Shown in pieces: positions 21,161 to 31,044 of a stretch of DNA of 64,000 nt. Under the pieces are notes generated by a model. That model was not told where the DNA came from. It made no database searches and saw nothing but the letters and a program-made list of their open reading frames with translations. How positions within the stretch are numbered: position 1 is the first letter of the stretch; each line of letters begins with the position of its first letter. Made by a program: the position numbers and the translations under genes. The stretch covers positions 15,010 through 79,009 of the forward strand of contig JAFSQF010000067.1 of the NCBI GenBank assembly GCA_017446745.1. The letters run 5' to 3'. The stretch comes from Bacteroidales bacterium. GTDB lineage: Bacteria; Bacteroidota; Bacteroidia; Bacteroidales; P3.

Positions 21161-21772
21161 TTATATAGCTTCGCGTTTATCGCGCAGTATGTTTTGCAGC
21201 AGGTCGCGTGCGCGGAAAAGCTGTACCTTGACGGTGCCGAGAGGAAGCCCCAGTTCTTCGGCAATTTCCTCGTAAGAGCGCTCTTCAAAATAGCGTAGTT
21301 CTACCAGTCGGCGGTAGCGTGGCTTCAGTTGCTGCACCACTTGGCGGAGCATCTGCACTCGTTGTTGGTGGATGACGGTTTCTTCCGGGTTGTTGGCTTC
21401 CGATGGGATGGGGTATTCCCAAACCTCGTCGTCTGAAGTGGTTCTGATGTCGTCGAGGTAGATGGTCTGAAGTCTTTTTCTTCTGATGAAGTCCACGCAG
21501 TTGTTGGTGGCAATGGAGAACAGCCAGGTGCTGAAGGCGTGGGTGGGGGTGTAGAGATGGAGCGAGGCAAAAGCTTTGCCGAAGGCCTCGATGGTGAGGT
21601 CGTCGGCTTCGGTGGGATTGTTGGTCATTTTGAGCAACATCAGGTAGATTGGCTCGCGGTACATGTGCATCAGGTCGGCATAGGCTCTTTGGTCGCCTTC
21701 CTCGCGTGCCCGACATACGAGTTGGTAATCCCGTCGTGCTTTATCAGTTGTAAGTTGTGTGTTCAACTCCAT
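21161..21772 (-). CDS. sigma-70 family (ECF-like) RNA polymerase sigma factor
   Basis: Region 2 (DLTIEAFGKAF...FSTWLFSIATNNCVDFIRRK) and region 4 HTH (SYEEIAEELGLPLGTVKVQLFRAR). Confidence 0.9.
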   Translation of the reverse strand: MELNTQLTTDKARRDYQLVCRAREEGDQRAYADLMHMYREPIYLMLLKMTNNPTEADDLTIEAFGKAFASLHLYTPTHAFSTWLFSIATNNCVDFIRRKRLQTIYLDDIRTTSDDEVWEYPIPSEANNPEETVIHQQRVQMLRQVVQQLKPRYRRLVELRYFEERSYEEIAEELGLPLGTVKVQLFRARDLLQNILRDKREAI

Positions 21773-21776
21773 TCTG

Positions 21777-22922
21777 TTATTTTTTCCTTAATAACGCGAC
21801 AAGCCACAAAAAAGTATTTGAAATCAAAAAATAAAGTTCAAAAAATATTGCGAAATATGTTAGTTTTTTGATATTGAAATATTTAGACAGGAAATAAAAA
21901 CATATTAATTCCCATATTATTCTGATGGCCAGCACCGAGGCGAGTATTTGCCACATCATTGTGCCGCCTATCCAAAGCCAGAGGAGGGAGGCCAGGAAGA
22001 GCATCTGCATAAGGGGATAGAAAGCCAGGTTTATTTTTTGTGCCATGCTGTAATGCCGTCGAGCAGCCATGCGGTCCTGTCTTTCGAGCCGCCAGGAGTG
22101 CATCGTTGGATGGCTCTCGCGAATGGTTTCAGCGCCGTTGCGGAGCACCACGGCAGTGTTTTTCTTCGTGGCATTACGATTGATGAAGAGGTCGTCGGCG
22201 CCTTCCGGGAAGCTGTACTGGTTGATGAAGGCACCTTTAGCGAAGAAGAAGTCCCTGCCAAACGAGAGGTTGCGTCCCGAACCGGTGAAAGGGACGCTAT
22301 ACAGAGCCCTACCGAGGAAGCGTGCCGAGCCGGTGACGTTGTCGTAGCGTTCCAAAGCGTTCAGTAAGCTTTTCTGAGGCTTCACTTGGCTGTAGCCCAA
22401 AATAATGTCAGCGCCGTGCGCGTATCCCGTCATCATCTCCCGGATCCAATTGAAACCCGAGGGGAGGCAGTTCGGTTCGGTTAGGAGGATGACATCCTTG
22501 CTGGCCGACTTGATACCTATGGAGAGAGGATATTTCTTTCCCTGGAACATATTGACGTCGTGAGAGAAAATGACGGGTTTAAGGTTGGGATAATTCTCGC
22601 TGCACACACGAAGTACGAAGCGAGTGTCGTCGGTGGAGGTATAGTCCACCACGACGACCTCAAAGTTGGGGTAATCTTGCTCCAACAAGTATGGGAGGCT
22701 TTTTTTCAGGGCGTCAGCCTCGTTATGAGCCACGAGCACCACCGACACCGAGGGGAGGTCCTTGTCGGGGAAATCCTTGCCCTTGGGAAGACGGTTGTCT
22801 TTCCATAGTCCCATCCTTAACCATCCCAAGCCATACCACAAGCATAAAAAAAGAAATGATACTAATAGTATGATAAGCAAACACAGTGTAAGTGCGTCAT
22901 TTAAAAGGTATGAAAAGTCCAT
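21777..22922 (-). CDS. family 2 glycosyltransferase, membrane-bound
   Basis: VSVVLVAHNEADALKKSLPYLLEQDYPNFEVVVVDYTSTDDT GT-A signature, with N- and C-terminal TM helices. Confidence 0.85.
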   Translation of the reverse strand: MDFSYLLNDALTLCLLIILLVSFLFLCLWYGLGWLRMGLWKDNRLPKGKDFPDKDLPSVSVVLVAHNEADALKKSLPYLLEQDYPNFEVVVVDYTSTDDTRFVLRVCSENYPNLKPVIFSHDVNMFQGKKYPLSIGIKSASKDVILLTEPNCLPSGFNWIREMMTGYAHGADIILGYSQVKPQKSLLNALERYDNVTGSARFLGRALYSVPFTGSGRNLSFGRDFFFAKGAFINQYSFPEGADDLFINRNATKKNTAVVLRNGAETIRESHPTMHSWRLERQDRMAARRHYSMAQKINLAFYPLMQMLFLASLLWLWIGGTMMWQILASVLAIRIIWELICFYFLSKYFNIKKLTYFAIFFELYFLISNTFLWLVALLRKK

Positions 22923-22973
22923 TTTGTTATCCTTTAGCGTTTACAAAAGTAAAAATAATAAGCAAATTGTTGC

Positions 22974-22981
22974 TATCTTTG
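22974..22981 (+). promoter_or_regulatory. candidate -7 box (TATCTTTG) for tgt
   Basis: Exact TAnnTTTG match 91 nt upstream of the tgt ATG. Confidence 0.35.
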
Positions 22982-23071
22982 CATTCCGAAAAACAGATTA
23001 TTTTTCAACAGGATTCATTGAAAATATATGATTTTTAATTTGATATATAATAATAACTTGTTAATAGCTTT

Positions 23072-24196
23072 ATGCATTTTGATTTATTGGCCACCAGCGG
23101 CAAGGCAAGAGCCGGCCTGCTTCATACCGATCATGGCGACATACCGACGCCTATTTTTATGCCTGTAGGCACTGTAGGGTCTGTCAAGGCCGTGCATCAG
23201 CGGGAGCTGACCGACGACATCGACGCCAAAATCATCCTTGGCAACACCTACCATCTCTACCTCCGTCCCGGGACGCCCAGCCTGAAGGCTGCCGGCGGAT
23301 TGCACAGGTTTATGGGCTGGCAAAGGCCAATATTGACCGATAGCGGTGGCTTTCAGGTCTTCTCGCTGGCAGAGAACCGGAAGTTGAGCGAGGAGGGGTG
23401 CACCTTCAAGTCGCACATTGATGGCTCGCGTCATGTTTTCACTCCCGAAAAGGTCGTAGACCTACAGCGCGAGATAGGCAGCGACATAATGATGGCTTTC
23501 GACGAATGCCCACCGGGGGAGTCGCCTTACGATTATGCCAAGAAGTCGATGGCATTGACCCACCGTTGGATGGACCGCTGCATGAAACGATATCATGAGA
23601 CGCAACCCCTCTATGGTCATCAGCAGGCCCTCTTCCCTATTGTGCAGGGCTGCAAATATGCCGACCTCAGGCGCCAAAGTGCCGAGCATGCGGCAAGCCA
23701 CAACGCCATAGGCTATGCCATTGGCGGCCTTGCTGTGGGTGAGCCCACTGAGGTTATGTATCAGATGATTGAGGTGGTGAATGCCATACTTCCCACCGAC
23801 AAGCCCCGCTACCTGATGGGTGTAGGCACTCCGGCCAACATTCTCGAAGCCATCGAGCGTGGCGTGGACATGTTCGACTGCGTCATGCCCACTCGCAACG
23901 GACGCAACGGCATGCTTTTCACTTGGGAAGGCACCATCAATATAAAAAACAAGAAATGGGAGCATTGTTTTGATGCCATCGACCCCACATCGCATGCTTT
24001 AGCCGACCGATGCTACACGCTGGCCTACCTCCACCACTTGATTAAGTCGGAGGAGCTTCTGGGGCTGCAGATTGCATCAATTCACAACCTTACGTTCTAT
24101 CTTGAGCTGGTGCGCACAGCACGTGAGCATATTATTCAGGGCGACTATGCCGAATGGAAATCCAAGGTGGTTGACAAGCTCTCCGTAAGACGATAG
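23072..24196 (+). CDS. tgt: tRNA-guanine transglycosylase (queuine tRNA-ribosyltransferase)
   Basis: 374 aa. Shows TPIFMPVGTVGSVK, ILTDSGGFQVFSL, LMGVGTP and CVMPTRNGRNG. Confidence 0.96.
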   Translation: MHFDLLATSGKARAGLLHTDHGDIPTPIFMPVGTVGSVKAVHQRELTDDIDAKIILGNTYHLYLRPGTPSLKAAGGLHRFMGWQRPILTDSGGFQVFSLAENRKLSEEGCTFKSHIDGSRHVFTPEKVVDLQREIGSDIMMAFDECPPGESPYDYAKKSMALTHRWMDRCMKRYHETQPLYGHQQALFPIVQGCKYADLRRQSAEHAASHNAIGYAIGGLAVGEPTEVMYQMIEVVNAILPTDKPRYLMGVGTPANILEAIERGVDMFDCVMPTRNGRNGMLFTWEGTINIKNKKWEHCFDAIDPTSHALADRCYTLAYLHHLIKSEELLGLQIASIHNLTFYLELVRTAREHIIQGDYAEWKSKVVDKLSVRR

Positions 24197-24256
24197 TTGT
24201 ATTTGTTGAAGTATTGGATTGTATGGGTGTAATCTCCCCTGGAGCAATTGTGAAAT

Positions 24257-24279
24257 ATGCCGCCCCGTGGGGGCGGCAT
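24257..24279. terminator. hairpin between convergent tgt and threonine aldolase genes
   Basis: 10-bp GC-rich stem ATGCCGCCCC / GGGGCGGCAT with a 3-nt loop. Confidence 0.55.
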
Positions 24280-24284
24280 TCTAT

Positions 24285-25307
24285 TCACATAAGTCTCTTT
24301 AGAGCTGCAACAAATTGGTGTACATCGTCTTCTGTGGTGTCGAAAGAGCACATCCAGCGTACCACGTCCATCTCCTCGTCCCAATCGTAGAAGAAGTATT
24401 CTTTTTGCAAGGCCTGCCAAACCTGTCGTGGCAGCTGTGCGAAAACGCTGTTGACCTGAACGGGGTACATTATTTTAATGCCGTCGACATTGCGAAGTTC
24501 GTTGTACAGGAGCTGAGCCATGTGGTTTGAATGTGCGGCATTACGTTTCCAAACCCCAGAGGTGAGGTAGGCCTCGAATTGTGCGGCCATGAAACGCATT
24601 TTCGAGCAGAGCTGTCCCATTTGCTTGCGCCGGTATTTGATGTCGATATCCAGCTCCGGGTTGAGCAGCACTGCCGCTTCGCCCATGAGCATGCCGTTCT
24701 TGGTGCCGCCGAAAGAGAGGCAGTCGACGCCGGCGTCGGAGGTCATGGCTTTCATGGTGCATCCCAGCGCAACGGCGGCATTGGCCAGCCGGGCGCCGTC
24801 CATGTGTAGGTACATGTTATGGTGATGAGCCATGTCGGCCAGGGCTTTGATTTCATCTATGCTGTAGAGTGTCCCCAGTTCGGTGCTTTGCGTGATAGAG
24901 ATAGCTCGAGGTTGGGAATGATGCTCAAAGCCAAAGCCATGCATTTGCTTTTGTACCAGGCTGGGCGACAGTTTGCCATCGGGAGTGTCGACGGTGAGCA
25001 GTTTGCAGCCCACTATTCTCTGTGGGGCACCGCATTCGTCGACGTTTATATGAGCAGTCTCGGCACATATCACAGCATGGTGGGACCTGCACATGGCGTC
25101 GATATTCAGCACGTTGGCCCCGGTGCCGTTAAAAACCAGGTAAGGCCTGGCGTTTGGGCCGAAGGTGTCCTGAAACAGGTGGTTCAGGCGTTCGGTCCAT
25201 TCGTCGTCGCCATAGGCCAATGCATGGTCGTGGTTAGCGTTATTTATTGCTTCAATTATTTCGGGACTTACGCCCGAATGATTATCGCTTCCAAATCCTC
25301 TTTTCAA
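24285..25307 (-). CDS. ltaE: low-specificity L-threonine aldolase (PLP-dependent)
   Basis: 340 aa. FGSDNHSGVSPEIIEAI start, and SFGGTKNG containing the PLP lysine. Confidence 0.85.
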   Translation of the reverse strand: MKRGFGSDNHSGVSPEIIEAINNANHDHALAYGDDEWTERLNHLFQDTFGPNARPYLVFNGTGANVLNIDAMCRSHHAVICAETAHINVDECGAPQRIVGCKLLTVDTPDGKLSPSLVQKQMHGFGFEHHSQPRAISITQSTELGTLYSIDEIKALADMAHHHNMYLHMDGARLANAAVALGCTMKAMTSDAGVDCLSFGGTKNGMLMGEAAVLLNPELDIDIKYRRKQMGQLCSKMRFMAAQFEAYLTSGVWKRNAAHSNHMAQLLYNELRNVDGIKIMYPVQVNSVFAQLPRQVWQALQKEYFFYDWDEEMDVVRWMCSFDTTEDDVHQFVAALKRLM

Positions 25308-25358
25308 TGCGATGCGGTTTAAAATATTATACGTGTGTAGGTTGAATTGTTTGACAGC

Positions 25359-27515
25359 TTACTTGTCCATCGACATCAGGAATTCTTCGTTGTCGCGGGT
25401 GTTCTGCATATAGCGTTTCAGCATCTCCATAGCTTCCACGGGGTTGAGGTCGGTGAGGTGATTGCGGAGCACCTGCATACGAGCGAGTATGTGTTGCGGG
25501 ACGAGCATGTCGTCGCGGCGGGTTGAAGAGCTGACGATGTCGATAGCCGGCCAGAGGCGTTTGTTGGCGAGTCTGCGGTCGAGCTGAAGTTCCATATTAC
25601 CGGTGCCTTTGAACTCTTCGAAGATGACGTCATCCATTTTCGACCCTGTTTCTGTCAGGGCAGTGGCTATGATGGTCAGCGAGCCACCGTTCTCAATCTT
25701 GCGTGCGGCGCCGAAGAAGCGTTTAGGTTTCTGCAAAGCGTTGGCTTCTACGCCACCCGACAGCACCTTGCCGGAAGCCGGCTGAACGGTGTTGTAGGCG
25801 CGTGCCAATCGGGTTATGGAGTCGAGGACGATGACGACATCTTGTCCGCTTTCTGTCATGCGTTTAGCTTTCTCGAGCACGATGTTGGCGATACGCACAT
25901 GCCTTTCGGCGGGCTCGTCGAACGTTGATGCTATGACTTCGGCATTGACGCTGCGCTGCATGTCGGTGACCTCTTCCGGACGTTCGTCGATGAGCAGCAC
26001 CATAAGGTAGACTTCAGGGTGGTTGTATGCTATGGCGTTAGCAATTTCTTTCAGCAGAGTGGTCTTACCGGTCTTAGGCTGTGCCACGATAAGTCCGCGT
26101 TGTCCTTTACCGATGGGGGTAAACATATCGATTACCCTGGTCGAGAAAGATTCCTGTGGATGTCCTGTAAGTTTGAATTTCTCTTGAGGGAAGAGAGGCG
26201 TGAGGGCTTCAAAGGGCACCCGGTCGCGTATGCTCTCAGGGGATTGTCCGTTGATTTCCTTTATTTTCACCATCAGAAAATATTTCTCGGCATCGTGAGG
26301 AGGCCTTATAGAGCATCGCACCGTGTCGCCTGGCTTAAGGCCATAGGAGCGTATCTGTTGTTGGGCGACAAAGATATCGTCGGGCGAGGCAAGATAGTTG
26401 TAGTCGGACGAACGCAGGAAGCCAGAACCGTCGGGTTGCAGCTCCAGCACACCTTCGGCATCGACAAACCCTTCAACCTCAAATGGGAATTCAACTTTAC
26501 GGTTGTTTCTCTGTTTAAAATCTTTATTATCCTTGAAGTTCTTGTTGCCCTGTTTGCCATTCTGATCGGCAGGTTGCTGGTTGTTGTTGGTGGTGGTGTT
26601 GTTATTATTGTTGTTGCTGTTGTTGGTGGTGGTGTCGGAGTTGCTGTTGTCGTCAGTGACTTCCTTAGGTGCAATGGGTTCGGTGGTGCTTGGCGACGTC
26701 TGCTCTTGAATTGTAGTTTCCTTAGGCTCAGGTTGCTGTTCCTGTTTTTCTTCTTTTTGCTTGTTCTTCTTGCGTTTTGACTGCTTTGGTTTCTCCGGTT
26801 TAGTCTCTGTTGCTTCTGCTGGAGCCTCCGACGCATTAGAGGTCTCGGTCACCTCCGGCTGTTCTGTAGAGGTTGCGTCAGATTCATTTTTTTCCTCTAA
26901 TATTTTCGCCTTGCGTGGCGGGCGTCCGCGGCGAGGTTTCTTCTGGACTTCTTTGTTGTCGTTGTTGTCGCTGGCATCGGTTGTTGAAGCCGGGGCTTCG
27001 GCAGGTGGGTTTTCAGCAACGTTTTCCTGAGCGTTTTGGTTACGTTTCTGGATATAATCCTGCGGGCTTGCCACGTCGGGCACAGTAGGGACGACGGGGA
27101 TTTCCAGGTCGTTGATGTTGAGCGAAAGGGTGTGTTCGTCATCAAAAGAGTTCTCGCTGAAGAGCGTAGGAGTTTTTATTTTCTTGTCTTCTTTTTTCCG
27201 TTTGGGGACAACAATCAGGCCTTGGTCCTTATGGGCCTGATATTTTTTCACGTTCGATTCGGCGACAGGAATAGGTTTAAGACGAGCGCGTCGAGGGTGA
27301 GGCTGCTGCTGGTCGGAGGGTGTGACGGGTCCGGCCGAGGTTTCCTGCTTAGTTTTAGCGGTTGGCGCATTAGAAGGGTTAGCGGCTTGAGCATCAAGAA
27401 TTTTATAAATCAATTCTTGGGGATCTAAACGAGTGGCTCTTGATATTCCCAGTTCTTTGGCTATCTCAATAAGCTGGATATGAGCTTTCGTTGACAATTC
27501 GGAAATGTTATACAT
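25359..27515 (-). CDS. rho: transcription termination factor Rho with large N-terminal insertion
   Basis: Start set at [10 protein letters not shown] (Rho_N helix). CSD-like RNA-binding region ([15 protein letters not shown]), Walker [16 protein letters not shown] and the C-terminal RecA fold. About 291 aa of low complexity lie between Rho_N and the CSD. Confidence 0.95.
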   Translation of the reverse strand: MYNISELSTKAHIQLIEIAKELGISRATRLDPQELIYKILDAQAANPSNAPTAKTKQETSAGPVTPSDQQQPHPRRARLKPIPVAESNVKKYQAHKDQGLIVVPKRKKEDKKIKTPTLFSENSFDDEHTLSLNINDLEIPVVPTVPDVASPQDYIQKRNQNAQENVAENPPAEAPASTTDASDNNDNKEVQKKPRRGRPPRKAKILEEKNESDATSTEQPEVTETSNASEAPAEATETKPEKPKQSKRKKNKQKEEKQEQQPEPKETTIQEQTSPSTTEPIAPKEVTDDNSNSDTTTNNSNNNNNNTTTNNNQQPADQNGKQGNKNFKDNKDFKQRNNRKVEFPFEVEGFVDAEGVLELQPDGSGFLRSSDYNYLASPDDIFVAQQQIRSYGLKPGDTVRCSIRPPHDAEKYFLMVKIKEINGQSPESIRDRVPFEALTPLFPQEKFKLTGHPQESFSTRVIDMFTPIGKGQRGLIVAQPKTGKTTLLKEIANAIAYNHPEVYLMVLLIDERPEEVTDMQRSVNAEVIASTFDEPAERHVRIANIVLEKAKRMTESGQDVVIVLDSITRLARAYNTVQPASGKVLSGGVEANALQKPKRFFGAARKIENGGSLTIIATALTETGSKMDDVIFEEFKGTGNMELQLDRRLANKRLWPAIDIVSSSTRRDDMLVPQHILARMQVLRNHLTDLNPVEAMEMLKRYMQNTRDNEEFLMSMDK

Positions 27516-27693
27516 TAAGGTAGTGTAAAAAATATTAATGGTAAGAACCTCAATGGCCGTGGGAACACAGGCTTCTTCGTGCCATTCAACCATTTTTTGC
27601 CTGTCGGCAAATAGTGGTGTAAAAAGGTCAAATAATTAATTCAGATGAGATTATGCGTATCTACGCCACATTCTACGTCTCCTTTTTCGCAGG

Positions 27694-27701
27694 CAAAAGT
27701 A
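27694..27701 (-). promoter_or_regulatory. candidate -7 box (TACTTTTG) for rho
   Basis: The + strand reads CAAAAGTA. This implies a leader of about 175 nt. Confidence 0.3.
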
Positions 27702-27752
27702 GTTATTTTTTTTTATTTACTAAAAAAATTTTGTCACTATTTTGAAAAATAG

Positions 27753-27760
27753 TATTTTTG
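27753..27760 (+). promoter_or_regulatory. candidate -7 box (TATTTTTG) for gcvH
   Basis: Exact TAnnTTTG match 103 nt upstream of the gcvH ATG. Confidence 0.35.
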
Positions 27761-27862
27761 AAATCTCAAAACAAGGTGTCTTTGAGGCCGAATGAGGTGT
27801 TTAAAATGCAGTAGATTAAATTAATAATTAATATTAAACAATACACTTAATAAAAATAAATT

Positions 27863-28240
27863 ATGAACATTCCTGAAAATTTGAAGTATACCCAGGACGA
27901 CGAATGGGTAAAAATGGATGGTGACATAGCCATTGTCGGTATTACAGACTATGCACAGCACGAGCTTGGCGACATAGTTTTCGTTGATGTTGATTGCGAG
28001 GGCGACACAATCGAGGCCGGCGAGGCTTTCGGTTCTATCGAGGCTGTGAAGACCGTTGCCGACCTTCTGATGCCCTGCACCGGTGAGGTCGTAGAGTTCA
28101 ACAGCGCCCTTGAGGATGCCTCCTCCATCAACAACGACCCCTATGGCGAAGGCTGGATCATCAAGTTCCGTCCCAACAACGCTGCCGACATCGACAACCT
28201 GCTTGATGCCGCTGCCTACAAAGCAAAAATCGGTGCCTAA
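27863..28240 (+). CDS. gcvH: glycine cleavage system protein H
   Basis: 125 aa. Lipoyl-lysine motif SIEAVKTVADL and the HEW-type N-terminus (YTQDDEWV). Confidence 0.93.
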   Translation: MNIPENLKYTQDDEWVKMDGDIAIVGITDYAQHELGDIVFVDVDCEGDTIEAGEAFGSIEAVKTVADLLMPCTGEVVEFNSALEDASSINNDPYGEGWIIKFRPNNAADIDNLLDAAAYKAKIGA

Positions 28241-28270
28241 GCATCCACATCTTAGAGTTTCGATTCATAC

Positions 28271-28306
28271 AAAAGAGAGAGGACTCCGAAAAAGTCCTCT
28301 TTTTAT
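28271..28306 (+). terminator. rho-independent terminator after gcvH
   Basis: AGAGGACT / AGTCCTCT stem followed by TTTTTATTT. Confidence 0.7.
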
Positions 28307-28383
28307 TTATATGTATACATATATTAAATAATCGTGCAAAAATAGTTTACATATTGGGATGCTATTTGGAACATTATTTATAA

Positions 28384-28471
28384 TATGTCGCCCCTACGGG
28401 GCTCAATGTAACTGCCTGGTTTGTACCGTGGGCTTTCGCCCACGGCTAATATATGTCGCCCCTACGGGGCT
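28384..28471 (+). repeat. composite hairpin repeat, copy B (short form without module 2)
   Basis: ATGTCGCCCCTACGGGGCT flanks both sides of the H1 hairpin CCGTGGGC-TTTC-GCCCACGG-CTAATAT (28426-28445). Confidence 0.8.
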
Positions 28472-28964
28472 ACGACAAGAGGTTATTTAATTTTGAACAG
28501 TTACTTATGAGGCTGTCTGATGTTATGTCATGAGCAATGAATTAGATTTCATAATGCCTGTTATCTATTGTTTTAAACAGCCATATTGATACTTATACTT
28601 TTGACATAAGTAATTATTTTTCAGTGTATCATAATTCGTAATAACATTATTTTCAACAGTGATGACGTTCAAAAAAAAATGATAAAAAAAATGATATTTT
28701 AATTTGTTTTGAGAAAAAAAGTGTATATTTATAGGCCGTTTTTTGGTTAATGTGGCAATAATTTATTGTCATTAAAGAAATTTTATTTTTGTTACAATCT
28801 GCGGGCTAATGGAGGGCGTTTTCGGTTTACTGTTTTTTTATGAAACATGCAAATTTTTTTCACGAAAATTATCAAGAAAAATTGTTGGAAATTTGCAAAA
28901 CAATTTTGGTTCATAGAAGAACATTATAACGCATATATAATCATATTGAAACAACAAATACGCG

Positions 28965-30407
28965 ATGCAGAACTATAAAACTGTTTGGGCAAACTGCTTA
29001 AAGATTATCAAGGATAACCTTGGTCCCGAGAACATACAGGTTTTTCGGACCTGGTTTGAGCCTATTGTTCCTATCCAGTTGGAAAACAATGTGCTCACGA
29101 TACGCGTCCCTAGTCAGTTTTTTTACGAGTGGCTTGAAGAGCATTTCATAGACCTGCTAAAACGTACCATCAGGCTACAGCTGGGCCCCAACGGTATGTT
29201 GAAATACAGTATTCTTATGGACACCAGTATAGACGAGACCCCCATCACCACCGACCTGCCCTCGTCGGGGCGTCAAGCCACTGTTAACCGCCCTAAGAGT
29301 GTGCCCTTGAGAATGGCTCCGGAGGATGGACGAGAGATAGCCAATCCCTTCATCATCCCCGGCATACAGAAACTAAAAATCAACTCACAGCTCAATGGCA
29401 ACTATACGCTTGAGAATTTTGTTGAGGGCAGTTGTAACAGCCTGGCCCGTTCGGCCGGCTATGCTGTAGCGAAAAATCCGGGACGCACAAGCTTCAACCC
29501 GCTCTTGCTGCATGGCGGCGTGGGCTTGGGAAAGACCCATCTGGCACATGCCATAGGCATCAAAACAAAAGAGCTGCATCCCGACATGACGGTGCTTTAC
29601 GTCACCTCCGAGCAATTCTTACAGCAGTATGTGGAAGCTGTGAAAAATAAGAACACCAACGATTTCATTCATTTCTATCAGATTATAGATTTTCTGATTC
29701 TCGACGACATCCAGTTTTGGGCCAATAAAGGCATACATACCCAAGAGGCCTTCTTCCATATTTTCAACCATCTGCACCAGAACAACTGCCAGATAATAAT
29801 CACCAGCGACAAGGCACCTGCCGAGCTGGGCACCCTTGAGCCCCGTCTGCTTTCGCGCCTGAAATGGGGGCTTGCCGCTGACCTTGGCACCCCCGATGTG
29901 GAGACACGCAAAGCCATCCTGCATCAGAAATTGGCCAACGACGGCATAGAGATGCCTGAGGATGTGATAGATTATATAGCCTACAACATCAACACCAACG
30001 TGCGCGAACTGGAGGGAGCCCTGGTGTCGCTCATAGCGCAGTCGTCGCTCAACCATAGGCAGATAACCATAGACCTTGCCAAGCAGATGATTGACAAGTT
30101 TGTGAAAAGCAACACCAGGGAGATAACCATCGACTACATACAAAAGGTGGTGTGCGACTACTTCAACCTGCCAGTAGAGAGCATACAGTCGTCTACACGC
30201 AAACGCGAGATTGTGCAGGCGCGCCAGCTAACCATGTATTTCGCCAAGAAGCTGACCACCTCGTCGCTGGCCATCATCGGTCTGCACTGTGGCAACAAAG
30301 ACCATGCCACGGTGCTGCATGCCTGCAAAACGGTGGCGAACCTCAACGAGACCGACAAGCAGTTCCACAGCTGGGTTGACGACATAGAGAAGAAACTACG
30401 CGATTGA
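28965..30407 (+). CDS. dnaA: chromosomal replication initiator protein DnaA
   Basis: 480 aa. Walker A GGVGLGKTHL, box VII/sensor regions and the C-terminal DNA-binding helix (ARQLTMYFAKKLT...IGLHCGNKDHATVLHA). Confidence 0.96.
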   Translation: MQNYKTVWANCLKIIKDNLGPENIQVFRTWFEPIVPIQLENNVLTIRVPSQFFYEWLEEHFIDLLKRTIRLQLGPNGMLKYSILMDTSIDETPITTDLPSSGRQATVNRPKSVPLRMAPEDGREIANPFIIPGIQKLKINSQLNGNYTLENFVEGSCNSLARSAGYAVAKNPGRTSFNPLLLHGGVGLGKTHLAHAIGIKTKELHPDMTVLYVTSEQFLQQYVEAVKNKNTNDFIHFYQIIDFLILDDIQFWANKGIHTQEAFFHIFNHLHQNNCQIIITSDKAPAELGTLEPRLLSRLKWGLAADLGTPDVETRKAILHQKLANDGIEMPEDVIDYIAYNINTNVRELEGALVSLIAQSSLNHRQITIDLAKQMIDKFVKSNTREITIDYIQKVVCDYFNLPVESIQSSTRKREIVQARQLTMYFAKKLTTSSLAIIGLHCGNKDHATVLHACKTVANLNETDKQFHSWVDDIEKKLRD

Positions 30408-30412
30408 GAACC

Positions 30413-30982
30413 ATGGGAAAAGTAGCTTTCAAACCAGGGAATATGCTATATCCGCTTCCTGCCGTGATGGTGAGTTGCGGTGATGAGCCAAGCAATTACA
30501 ATATACTGACCATAGCATGGACGGGCACTGTATGCAGTGACCCGCCCATGTGCTATATATCAGTGCGAAAACAGCGCCATTCCTACGACATTATCCGTCG
30601 TTGCGGCGAGTTTGTGATAAATCTCACCACTGAGGAGTTGGTGCGTGCCACCGATTGGTGTGGCGTGAAAAGCGGAAGGGAGTGCAACAAATTCAAAGAG
30701 ATGCATTTGACGCCACAGGCTGCTCAGTGCGTAAAGGCACCCCTCATAGCTGAATCGCCTCTCAATATAGAATGCAAGGTGGTGGATATCCGCGAGTTGG
30801 GTACTCACGACATGTTCTTGGCCAACGTTGTGGCCATAGATGCCGAGGAGGGATTGATAGACCGTTCGACAGGCACGTTCCAGCTCAACCACGCCCACCC
30901 CTTAGCCTATTCGCACGGCAAATATTACGCACTGGGTGCAAAACTCGGCAGTTTCGGCTTCTCTGTCAAGAAGAGGAGATGA
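30413..30982 (+). CDS. flavin reductase family (FMN-binding split-barrel) protein
   Basis: LYPLPAVMVSCG...NILTIAWTGTVCSDPPM...FVINL pattern. The ATG at 30413 is preferred over the TTG at 30404. Confidence 0.85.
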   Translation: MGKVAFKPGNMLYPLPAVMVSCGDEPSNYNILTIAWTGTVCSDPPMCYISVRKQRHSYDIIRRCGEFVINLTTEELVRATDWCGVKSGRECNKFKEMHLTPQAAQCVKAPLIAESPLNIECKVVDIRELGTHDMFLANVVAIDAEEGLIDRSTGTFQLNHAHPLAYSHGKYYALGAKLGSFGFSVKKRR

Positions 30983-31044
30983 ATGCTGTGTGGTTTTAAA
31001 CGAATAGTAAATCACATAAAGTATAAACAACAAATATTTATTAT

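Noticed and set aside
27516-27593. Longer Rho start ([10 protein letters not shown]...)
   Set aside because: The conserved Rho_N helix begins at [10 protein letters not shown]. The upstream 26 codons are AT-rich leader with no homology expectation.
27761-27862. Glycine riboswitch upstream of gcvH
   Set aside because: The leader is AT-rich and lacks the conserved GGAGAG / CACCG / CTCTGGAGAG-type cores of the glycine aptamer.
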